From: a virus
Lineage: Duplodnaviria; Heunggongvirae; Uroviricota; Caudoviricetes
Direction: 5' to 3' (one strand)
IMG/VR virus record: IMGVR_UViG_3300025430_000014
Span: 1 to 30,681 of that record
DNA: 30,681 bases
Positions 9,179 through 16,396 of this stretch are shown here, piece after piece. The notes beneath the pieces were generated by a model. It was not told the DNA's origin. It searched no databases and saw nothing but the letters and a program-made list of their open reading frames with translations. Positions within the stretch are counted from its first letter, which is position 1; every line of letters begins with the position of its first letter. A program made the position numbers and the translations under genes.

Positions 9179-9541
9179 ATGACAAGTGCACAGATATGTA
9201 AGATAAAGATATACCAACGTGAATTTCTAGAGACATTTGATAAGAAGCTAGAGATTGACTGGGAAGCTATGAATGGAATAACTAAGTATGATACAGAAGT
9301 TCCTTTAAACACAGAAGAAGCAATGAAAGTTCTACTTGATAATTGCATTAAGAAGCATGGAGCAGATTTAAATAAGCTCTTAGATAGAAAACGTAAACTT
9401 CATCATCATGATTTTATTAATGAGAGACTTGCATTGATAGAATATAGTAAGACAGTATTTGATAATAACGTAAACAAGATAAAAGCTGCTAAGTTAATTA
9501 ACAGAGATCGTACATTATTATATCACTTTGCAAACTCTTAG
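9179..9541 (+). CDS. Hypothetical protein with a possible C-terminal HTH (DnaA C-terminal-like)
   Basis: INERLALIEY...KAAKLINRDRTLLYH loosely resembles the DnaA domain IV pattern R...G.RDHTTV.H. Confidence 0.45.
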   Translation: MTSAQICKIKIYQREFLETFDKKLEIDWEAMNGITKYDTEVPLNTEEAMKVLLDNCIKKHGADLNKLLDRKRKLHHHDFINERLALIEYSKTVFDNNVNKIKAAKLINRDRTLLYHFANS

Positions 9542-9542
9542 T

Positions 9543-9971
9543 ATGAAATGTAAGACATGTGGTAAGAATTCTGAATCAGAATATTGTTTTCAACATAAAC
9601 CTAGAAAAGCTCTAGCAGCTACTAAAGGATTTAAAGTGAAAGTTCCTGAAAAAAGTTCTTCAAAACCTATGCAAGATTTCTTTCTATCTATATGGAATAA
9701 AAGATTGCATATTTCTGAAGTTAGTGGACGTTATTTAGGTAGAAAACCATTGAGTGTATACTTTCATCATATTCTTCCAAAAGAAAAATATCCAGAATAT
9801 GCATTTGATGAAGAAAATATCATACTTTTGACCCTAGATGAACATACTAATGTAGAAAATGACATGTACAAGTATGAAGAAGTGAATAAAAGACGTGACC
9901 AATTAAAACTCAAATATGAGAGAATCAAACAGGGAGAGAAAACAGGAGATCAAATACAATGTTCAGCTTAA
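9543..9971 (+). CDS. HNH-like nuclease with an N-terminal Zn knuckle
   Basis: CKTC...YCFQH and FHHILPKEKYP...NIILLTLDEH. Confidence 0.65.
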   Translation: MKCKTCGKNSESEYCFQHKPRKALAATKGFKVKVPEKSSSKPMQDFFLSIWNKRLHISEVSGRYLGRKPLSVYFHHILPKEKYPEYAFDEENIILLTLDEHTNVENDMYKYEEVNKRRDQLKLKYERIKQGEKTGDQIQCSA

Positions 9972-10566
9972 TGAAGAACAAAAAGAAGCTAAAAGACTAA
10001 TCAGAGATAACCAGATAATAATCATCACTGGTAGAGCTGGGTCTGGTAAGTCATTAGTTTGTGCTCAAACAGCACTTGATTTCTTGTTAAAGAAAGAATG
10101 TGACAATATATTTGTCACTAGAGCTACAATTGAAGTGGGTAATTCACTAGGATTTCTTCCTGGAGGATTAGATGAAAAGTTTAATCCCTATCTAGAGGCT
10201 TTCATGGAAAACTTAGCTAAGTGTAAGGAGAAAGAAATTCTAGATAAGCTAGTGTCTGAAAGTAAGATATTAGCCTATCCTATACAATTTATCAGAGGTA
10301 AAACTGTTGATGATGTATTAGTGGTGGAAGAAGCTCAGAACTTAACAAAGGATCAGATGTTAGCCATCCTCACCAGACTTGGTAAAACTGGTAAAATCAT
10401 CATCAATGGTGATAATGAACAGAAAGATACTAAGTCTCACGAAAGTGGACTCACCTATGCAATTGCTCTATCTAAGAAGATAGAAGAGATTAAGTGGATT
10501 AAGTTAAAAGAAAACCACCGTAGTGATATAGTGGGTAAAATCTTAGACTATGAGTACGGTAAGTAG
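9916..10566 (+). CDS. phoH: PhoH-family ATPase
   Basis: GRAGSGKS, LGFLPGG, FIRGKT, EEAQN, LTRLG, NGDNEQKD and HRS motifs. Confidence 0.92.
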   Translation: MRESNRERKQEIKYNVQLNEEQKEAKRLIRDNQIIIITGRAGSGKSLVCAQTALDFLLKKECDNIFVTRATIEVGNSLGFLPGGLDEKFNPYLEAFMENLAKCKEKEILDKLVSESKILAYPIQFIRGKTVDDVLVVEEAQNLTKDQMLAILTRLGKTGKIIINGDNEQKDTKSHESGLTYAIALSKKIEEIKWIKLKENHRSDIVGKILDYEYGK

Positions 10567-11005
10567 AACAATTGTGTATGTATTATGTATTTTAATATTT
10601 ACAGTTGGTATTTTTTTATCAGTTAGAGAAAGTAATAACACAATGATCCATTCTCAAAATTTCATAATTAATGGTGGTACATTTAATCTAGATGCATATG
10701 TAATTATTACAGATGATACAGATGCTGCTGTAAAGTTTGCAAATGATACACTAGATCAAGAGTATACCAAAGATGATTTTAAAGCAGGTGGATTAACTCT
10801 ATGTGATGATCTATGCACTACATTTGTAGTGTGGTTACCAGTTAATAGTAGTAAGAATACATCTATTGTACATCATGAATTAGTTCATTTAACATATGCA
10901 ATATTACATGCTGTAGGAATAGAACTATCTCCTGAAACAGATGAAGTGTATGCATATGAATTGCAACATTTATCAGAACAGTTTTATAAACAATTAAATC
11001 AATAA
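10550..11005 (+). CDS. Putative membrane-anchored HExxH metallopeptidase-like protein
   Basis: N-terminal hydrophobic helix, VHHELVH and downstream DEVYAY. Confidence 0.5.
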   Translation: MSTVSRTIVYVLCILIFTVGIFLSVRESNNTMIHSQNFIINGGTFNLDAYVIITDDTDAAVKFANDTLDQEYTKDDFKAGGLTLCDDLCTTFVVWLPVNSSKNTSIVHHELVHLTYAILHAVGIELSPETDEVYAYELQHLSEQFYKQLNQ

Positions 11006-11007
11006 AA

Positions 11008-11268
11008 ATGAGTCAGTTTTTTTATTCAAGAAAAGATGGAGAAGTTACAAGAACAGATAGCTTTAACCTAAATAAAGTGATTAGATCTGTAGAGATGGAA
11101 GATGGAAATCTTCTAGTGTTATTAGATGATATGCATGAGCGTTCAGAAAATGTTCCTGATATTGATCCTAAGACCAATAAAATGAAAGGAATGAAAAGAG
11201 AACGTAAGGTTTATCAATCAGAAATCACTCTTGAAGGAGATGATGTAGTGAAATTTAGAGCATTGTAA
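11008..11268 (+). CDS. Hypothetical protein
   Basis: 86-aa ORF, tightly packed. Confidence 0.7.
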   Translation: MSQFFYSRKDGEVTRTDSFNLNKVIRSVEMEDGNLLVLLDDMHERSENVPDIDPKTNKMKGMKRERKVYQSEITLEGDDVVKFRAL

Positions 11269-11270
11269 TT

Positions 11271-11975
11271 ATGAAATACAAGGTAATACTCAAAACTAGT
11301 AATAAACATTCTGATAGAGTGTCCAACTGTGTTAACACATGGTTGGGCTCTCTTGATTATGTTTGTCTTACAGACAAGTTAACAGGAAACTATCCTGAAT
11401 TCTCTGGATCATTAGATGATGGTTATGAGAGCAATGAGGAGAAGACAGTTAACTTCATCAATGTAGTGAGATCTACAAGTCAGTTTGATGAATATGATTG
11501 GTTAGTGTTTATAGATGATGATGCTATTCTAAATGTTTCTATGTTTGAATCGATCATAGAAACATTAGATAAGTCTAAAGTTTATGGCCATAATATGATA
11601 GGTTGTTATTCTGGCGATAGAACATTAGCCTATCCCTCTGGAGGATGTGGATATTTTATATCCCCTAGTGTTATCAAGGGAACTAGTTCTATGACTAATA
11701 AAGGATATGGGTATGAAGATGTTTGTATGGGAAAGTGGCTAGATGAGAATAACATTTCTATTGACAGCAGTCTTAAACTGAATGGCTGGTTTCCTTTCCA
11801 GTCACATTATACAAAACTATGGGAACAAGGCAGTAAATATGTCCCTACATTAATAGCAAGTCTATCTGATAAAGACAGAGACTTTCTAACCAACCATCTA
11901 ACACATCATTATATAAGACATGTGGCCTTCATGGAGTATATAAATGATCTTATGAGAAACAAAAAAGCCTCCTGA
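11271..11975 (+). CDS. GT31-like (Fringe / core-1 galactosyltransferase-like) glycosyltransferase
   Basis: YDWLVFIDDDAIL, YPSGGCGYFIS and YEDVCMGKWL match GT31 motifs DWFxxxDDD, SGGAGY and EDVxxG. Confidence 0.7.
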   Translation: MKYKVILKTSNKHSDRVSNCVNTWLGSLDYVCLTDKLTGNYPEFSGSLDDGYESNEEKTVNFINVVRSTSQFDEYDWLVFIDDDAILNVSMFESIIETLDKSKVYGHNMIGCYSGDRTLAYPSGGCGYFISPSVIKGTSSMTNKGYGYEDVCMGKWLDENNISIDSSLKLNGWFPFQSHYTKLWEQGSKYVPTLIASLSDKDRDFLTNHLTHHYIRHVAFMEYINDLMRNKKAS

Positions 11976-11992
11976 TTAAAGGGGGCTTTTTT
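11961..11992. terminator. Bidirectional intrinsic terminator
   Basis: AAAAAA-GCCTCC-TGATTAAA-GGGGGC-TTTTTT between convergent blocks. Confidence 0.85.
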
Positions 11993-11994
11993 AA

Positions 11995-12066
11995 TTATAT
12001 ATTGCTCTGTTCTAAGCATTTAGGGCAATCACCCTCGTAATAGATATCATGTACTGTACAAATCAT
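11995..12066 (-). CDS. 23-aa putative zinc-binding micropeptide (MICTVHDIYYEGDCPKCLEQSNI)
   Basis: Translated by hand; ATGA overlap with the upstream stop; CxxH-x7-CxxC. Confidence 0.5.
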   Translation of the reverse strand: MICTVHDIYYEGDCPKCLEQSNI

Positions 12067-12203
12067 TTTGATAATCTTTTTTGTTTCATTGGCCACATAG
12101 GACTTTTAAGTCTCTCTTTTGTATCAGCTTCCTTCATAAAGTTGGGAGCTTTCCTACTAGGAGGTTTTACCTTTGGTGCCTTTCTTGGTTTACCTGCTTT
12201 CAT
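12063..12203 (-). CDS. 46-aa Lys/Pro-rich basic protein (MKAGKPRKAPKVKPPSRK...)
   Basis: Translated by hand; fills the gap 1 nt after the upstream stop; composition matches its neighbours. Confidence 0.7.
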   Translation of the reverse strand: MKAGKPRKAPKVKPPSRKAPNFMKEADTKERLKSPMWPMKQKRLSK

Positions 12204-12204
12204 A

Positions 12205-12393
12205 TTATATTGATTTTACTTCTTCTTCAACCTTAGTTACATCTTCTTTAACAGTTGTTTCTACATCATTAACTACAGTGTCAATTTTCTTAACATCTGA
12301 ATCAATGAGATCTTCTTCCTTAATAAAGAAAAATGCACCAACAGTAAATCCAATAAGACCTCCAACAATCAAAGGGAAAATAAAGTTTAACAT
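12205..12393 (-). CDS. Small single-TM protein
   Basis: Hydrophobic N-terminus followed by an acidic helix. Confidence 0.65.
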   Translation of the reverse strand: MLNFIFPLIVGGLIGFTVGAFFFIKEEDLIDSDVKKIDTVVNDVETTVKEDVTKVEEEVKSI

Positions 12394-12410
12394 AGTTTAA
12401 GTTTTTAAGA

Positions 12411-12653
12411 TTATTTTAAATCCTTCCATTGAGATTTTGGAAGAGCTTTCCACCAAACACAAACATAATCTTCAGGATCAACAGGAATCTTTCCAGATCC
12501 ACCATTCCATTTGATGTAGGACTTACCTTCACAAAGTTGTGTTTCCTTGTTCCATTTGGCACAATTAGCACACATAGCTCCTCCTTCAGGAACTACCTTT
12601 GCAGCTTTAAATCCTTCATCAAATTGAAGAGATATTTTCTTTTCTTCAGCCAT
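12411..12653 (-). CDS. HiPIP-like four-Cys protein
   Basis: CANC-x8-C-x20-CVWW. TAATG-coupled start at 12653. Confidence 0.5.
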   Translation of the reverse strand: MAEEKKISLQFDEGFKAAKVVPEGGAMCANCAKWNKETQLCEGKSYIKWNGGSGKIPVDPEDYVCVWWKALPKSQWKDLK

Positions 12654-13219
12654 TAGTAGCAACCATTTTTGCATTTAGCCACCTTAGCTCCACCACCTTT
12701 ACCAGAATAGTTTTTGCCAATTTGTTTACCGTAGCTACCAAGTTGCATAGAAACTGTACCACCTGATTTGTACTTCTTAACAGCACCACCAGTTTTAAGT
12801 TTACCAGTTTTCATTAACTTAGCAACACCTTTAGCATCTTGTTTCTTATCTATAGCAGATTTTTCAAACTTCTTTTCAGCTGCAGCTTTAGTCATCTTGA
12901 TTTTACCACCCATTTTGTATTCTGTGTAGCTATCAGATTTGCTTGCTTTACCAGCATAATCTGTAACACTATCAGGTTTTCCAGATGTTTTAGCATAGTC
13001 AGTATAACTATCCACCTTGCCACCCATTTTATATTTCTTTGTAGCAGATTTTTTAATCTTACCACCTTTCTTCATCATAGGAGCAGGACCACCAGGACCT
13101 TGTGGAGCACCACCACCACCCATAGGAGGAGCCATCATTGGACCAGGAGCAGCTTTTCTTGCAGGAGCTACTGGTTTAGCCATCATTGCAGGCTTACGAA
13201 CAGTTTTTTTCATTGCCAT
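12653..13219 (-). CDS. Lys/Met/Gly-rich low-complexity protein with repeated KxGG motifs
   Basis: MKKGG, YKMGG twice, LKTGG, YKSGG. Confidence 0.8.
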   Translation of the reverse strand: MAMKKTVRKPAMMAKPVAPARKAAPGPMMAPPMGGGGAPQGPGGPAPMMKKGGKIKKSATKKYKMGGKVDSYTDYAKTSGKPDSVTDYAGKASKSDSYTEYKMGGKIKMTKAAAEKKFEKSAIDKKQDAKGVAKLMKTGKLKTGGAVKKYKSGGTVSMQLGSYGKQIGKNYSGKGGGAKVAKCKNGCY

Positions 13220-13241
13220 TTCAGTATAGTTTTTTAATTGT

Positions 13242-13691
13242 TTATTTAGCTTTACGAGCTCTGCCCATAGCTTTAAATGTCATTGCTAATGCTTTTCTCT
13301 TAGGAGTACATGTAGCTTTAGTCATTGGAGTGCAATATCCTTTATGTTTAGGATTTACTGCTTCTTGTATCCAATTTTTTTTTTTAGCTTTACCACCATT
13401 CTTCATGGTTTGGCTTTTATCCATCATAATTTCATTCTTCTTCTTAGCCATCTTAACACTTGTTTTGGCCATCTTTTTACCAGAAGCAATCTTTTTGATA
13501 GAACCACCCATTTTCATTTGAGTAGCACCTTGTTCTTTATCTTTTGTTAAAGAAACAGGAGTCTTTTTATTTTTGGGAGGTAAGTTGTCTTCTTGAACTT
13601 TAGTCCAAGCACCGTTAGGATCAACTGGTCCTACACGTTTATTAGCAACCGAAAGGCCAGCTTGAGCCTTTTTCATCTTACTTACTTTCAT
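13242..13691 (-). CDS. Lys-rich basic protein with KxGG motifs
   Basis: MKMGG, MKNGG; C-terminal KNWIQEAV...RKALAMTFK. Confidence 0.8.
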   Translation of the reverse strand: MKVSKMKKAQAGLSVANKRVGPVDPNGAWTKVQEDNLPPKNKKTPVSLTKDKEQGATQMKMGGSIKKIASGKKMAKTSVKMAKKKNEIMMDKSQTMKNGGKAKKKNWIQEAVNPKHKGYCTPMTKATCTPKRKALAMTFKAMGRARKAK

Positions 13692-13840
13692 TATTTTTTC
13701 TTTTTAGATTGTAATCTAATCTTTTTTTCTTGCTTAAGCATTTGAGCTGTAGGTTTCTTTCCAGATCCTTTAGCAGCTCTGATATTGTCCCATAAACCAC
13801 GTGGTGATTTAGAACCATCTTTGCGTTTTAACATTTCCAT
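13691..13840 (-). CDS. 49-aa basic protein (MEMLKRKDGSKSPRGLWDNIRAAKGSGKKPTAQML...)
   Basis: Translated by hand; TAATG coupling to the downstream gene; alternative start at 13834. Confidence 0.7.
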   Translation of the reverse strand: MEMLKRKDGSKSPRGLWDNIRAAKGSGKKPTAQMLKQEKKIRLQSKKKK

Positions 13841-14253
13841 TTCCTAAGAGATTTATTAATACGTGAATTAGGATCATTTGCTGTTTTAGAGCTTGTGAGT
13901 TTCTTTTTCATACCACTCATTCTAGCACAGAATGATTTCTTTCTAGAACCACCTTCTGGTTGTGGAGGTTTTATATTATGACCTGCAGCTTTTAATGAAG
14001 CTCTACCTTTGGCATTTAATCCACCAGAAGGACTTTTACCTTCTTTTCTTTGCCAAGCTGGTGTTTTACCACCATTCTTAAGTGTACTTCCTTTAAATGC
14101 TCCTTTGGTCTTTAATAAATGACCATTAGGAACAGGAGTGGAAGCAGGACCTTTAATAGCAGGAATAGTGTCTCCATTTTTGAGAACACCTTTCCCTACA
14201 TAAGCTGTAGCTTTTTGAGGATTCCAAGGACCTGCTTTTTTAATGCTAGCCAT
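13828..14253 (-). CDS. Basic protein with a DUF6321-like C-terminus
   Basis: TPAWQRKEGKSPSGGLNAKGRAS...RKKSFCARM...SRINKSLRKWKC. Confidence 0.75.
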   Translation of the reverse strand: MASIKKAGPWNPQKATAYVGKGVLKNGDTIPAIKGPASTPVPNGHLLKTKGAFKGSTLKNGGKTPAWQRKEGKSPSGGLNAKGRASLKAAGHNIKPPQPEGGSRKKSFCARMSGMKKKLTSSKTANDPNSRINKSLRKWKC

Positions 14254-14585
14254 TATTTACGTTTTTTAGCACCTACTATTTTATCAGCAAATGTAATTTT
14301 ATTCTTAGGAGGAGCTAATGCTGCAAACTTCTTTGCTTTACCAACTAATTTACCACCAGTTTTCATGGTAGGTTTCTTAGCAGTGTCTGATAAAGGTTTG
14401 TTAGCAATAGCAGGGTTTTGCTTAGGAGCATATTTACCCCTACCTGATTGTCTATCCATAGCATCTGCCATAGCTGCATCATGTTTAGCCATAGCTTCTT
14501 TATCATAGAATCTACCAGTCATTTCACCTTTAACCATTCCTTTAGGTACATCACCACCAGTTTGATATTTCTTTACTTTTGCCAT
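14253..14585 (-). CDS. Lys-rich basic protein with KxGG motifs
   Basis: Start MAKVKKYQTGG at 14585; MKTGG; ends FAALAPPKNKITFADKI. Confidence 0.75.
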   Translation of the reverse strand: MAKVKKYQTGGDVPKGMVKGEMTGRFYDKEAMAKHDAAMADAMDRQSGRGKYAPKQNPAIANKPLSDTAKKPTMKTGGKLVGKAKKFAALAPPKNKITFADKIVGAKKRK

Positions 14586-14598
14586 TGTATTAATTGTT

Positions 14599-14838
14599 TT
14601 AATTTTGTTCTGGAGCTTCTTTAATAATACCTGCTTCAACATTTCTAACAAGAGCACCTTCAATAACTTGTGCAGCTGTTTGAGCTATTCCTGTTGCTTC
14701 TGCTATAGCACGTATTGCATTTAACATCACTCCGAATTCACCACCTGTAATAGTTAATTCAACATCTTGTGGCCATGTATATCTCTTATTAGGATCAAAG
14801 GTTGCCACTTTAGTTGTTTCTACTGTCTCTTCTGACAT
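14599..14838 (-). CDS. Hypothetical protein
   Basis: 79-aa ORF just downstream of a promoter motif. Confidence 0.7.
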   Translation of the reverse strand: MSEETVETTKVATFDPNKRYTWPQDVELTITGGEFGVMLNAIRAIAEATGIAQTAAQVIEGALVRNVEAGIIKEAPEQN

Positions 14839-14861
14839 ATATTTAATTTTTGGTTTAATAA

Positions 14862-14894
14862 CAAAGATATGTATAATTCTATATACCTTCCAAA
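14862..14894 (-). promoter_or_regulatory. Bacteroidota-type promoter TTTG-N21-TATCTTTG
   Basis: Both -33 and -7 elements match the consensus at the expected spacing. Confidence 0.7.
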
Positions 14895-15481
14895 TTTATT
14901 TCAAGTTTCAATTCTCTATTTCTTCTTTTTGCCTCTACTACCTTTCTAACATGTTCTGGGGACTTTTTTTTACCAATAGCTGAATTTCTCATTTTGAGCT
15001 TAGTTTCTTCAGATCTAACTTGTCCTCTTCTAGAATTTCCCATCTTTAGTTTAGTTTCTTCTGATTGAGATGAGCCTAATCTTAAAGTGTTACCTTTCAT
15101 AATCTTACTTCTCCTTTTTTTAAATTCATCAGAGCATTTTCTTCCTAAATTTACTCTTTTTAATTTGTCAATACTTTCTAAAGAATGTTTTCCATGACTA
15201 CCTGCTTCTCGAATATTCATCAAAGTTATATTACAGTTTCTATATTGATCTATATATAACTGTTCATACATATCAAGAATATCTTGGCTTATATCTTCAG
15301 GAAGTTCATGGATTATTGTAAATGAATGGTTATCAACACTATATTTTAATAAAGAGTTATAAAGTTTAGGTTGTCTTTTACAAGATATATTCTTATATCC
15401 TGACATTCTTTTTTTATAGTTCCAAGTCTGACCAATATAGACTTTATTAGAAGGAGATAATATTTTATAAATAACAGGCAT
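14879..15481 (-). CDS. Free-standing GIY-YIG homing endonuclease with NUMOD3 repeats
   Basis: VIYKI...VYIGQT...R; SEETKLKM occurs twice. Confidence 0.9.
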   Translation of the reverse strand: MPVIYKILSPSNKVYIGQTWNYKKRMSGYKNISCKRQPKLYNSLLKYSVDNHSFTIIHELPEDISQDILDMYEQLYIDQYRNCNITLMNIREAGSHGKHSLESIDKLKRVNLGRKCSDEFKKRRSKIMKGNTLRLGSSQSEETKLKMGNSRRGQVRSEETKLKMRNSAIGKKKSPEHVRKVVEAKRRNRELKLEINLEGI

Positions 15482-15768
15482 TAGCTATCTAATGATATTT
15501 CAAATGTGATTGTAGCAGAGCTTTTAATACTCTTACTTAAATCTAGCTTGATTTGAAATATGTTATGCAGCTTTAATATTTCTTCTAGAAGCATATCATT
15601 GTACATAGGTAGGCTAGGAGCCAGTCTAAAATGATATGAATGTGGATTGCGTGTAATCTCTAAATTAGAAAGTTCATCCACAGAAGATATAATTCCTTCT
15701 AAATGAGCAAAATAAGCAACTTCGTTGTCATTCATCACTTGAGGGAAAAACTTTTTATTAACTAGCAT
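15481..15768 (-). CDS. Hypothetical protein
   Basis: 95 aa with TAATG coupling at both ends. Confidence 0.75.
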   Translation of the reverse strand: MLVNKKFFPQVMNDNEVAYFAHLEGIISSVDELSNLEITRNPHSYHFRLAPSLPMYNDMLLEEILKLHNIFQIKLDLSKSIKSSATITFEISLDS

Positions 15769-15929
15769 TATACAATAGTAGTGGTAGTGGTTGTAGTTTC
15801 TTCTACAATAGTTGTTGTTGTAGAGGTTGTAGGTATTTCTATTGTAGTGGTGGTAGTTGTAGTAATTTCACCACTAATTATAGCCTTCACCTTAGCATTA
15901 GTTGCTTTAATCTTATTTATATCTATCAT
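15768..15929 (-). CDS. 53-aa Thr-rich microprotein (MIDINKIKATNAKVKAIISGEITTTTTTTIEIPTTSTTTTIVEETTTTTTTIV)
   Basis: Translated by hand; 21 Thr; TAATG coupling to the next gene; mixed ACT/ACA/ACC codons. Confidence 0.75.
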   Translation of the reverse strand: MIDINKIKATNAKVKAIISGEITTTTTTTIEIPTTSTTTTIVEETTTTTTTIV

Positions 15930-15943
15930 GATTATATTTTTAA

Positions 15944-16378
15944 TTAGTCAGCATATGCTGCAGCTTGCAATTCTGTACATCCACCAGCTGCAAATATAGC
16001 AGATACATCATAGTTCACTTCTAATAGTAATTCACCATACGCATCCACTTTGAAATATCCATACTGTGAAGCATATTGATTCAACAAAGAAGCTAATGCA
16101 TAAATATCAGCTGCATTGTGTGTAGTGTATACAGTCATGTAAGAACCAGGACCTGTGTTACAAACTATTGTAAAGTCCACACTTGTAATAGGAAAGCTAC
16201 CTTCTACAGTAACTACAATGGTTTGTTGATCTTGATTGCAGCATTGGTATCCTTGTACTTCTTGCCATTTGCCTACCTTTGGTATAGATCTACGTAGTAC
16301 TAAACTACCTGCTACCACACGTCCGCTACCATCATAACGAACATAAGCTTTTAAATCCCTTTTGTTAATGCTTCCCAT
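15944..16378 (-). CDS. Hypothetical, probably structural, protein
   Basis: 144 aa beginning LKAYVRYDGSGRVVAGSL...YQCCN; lies among small putative structural genes. Confidence 0.7.
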   Translation of the reverse strand: MGSINKRDLKAYVRYDGSGRVVAGSLVLRRSIPKVGKWQEVQGYQCCNQDQQTIVVTVEGSFPITSVDFTIVCNTGPGSYMTVYTTHNAADIYALASLLNQYASQYGYFKVDAYGELLLEVNYDVSAIFAAGGCTELQAAAYAD

Positions 16379-16396
16379 AATTCTTAATTAATTAGG

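Noticed and set aside
12429-14508. Several + strand ORFs in the track over the Lys-rich cluster
   Set aside because: Phe/Leu-rich antisense shadows of Lys-rich minus-strand genes, with no motifs.
15781-15999. Val-rich + strand ORF (MVVVVVSS...)
   Set aside because: Antisense shadow of the Thr-rich minus-strand gene, which has the translational coupling.
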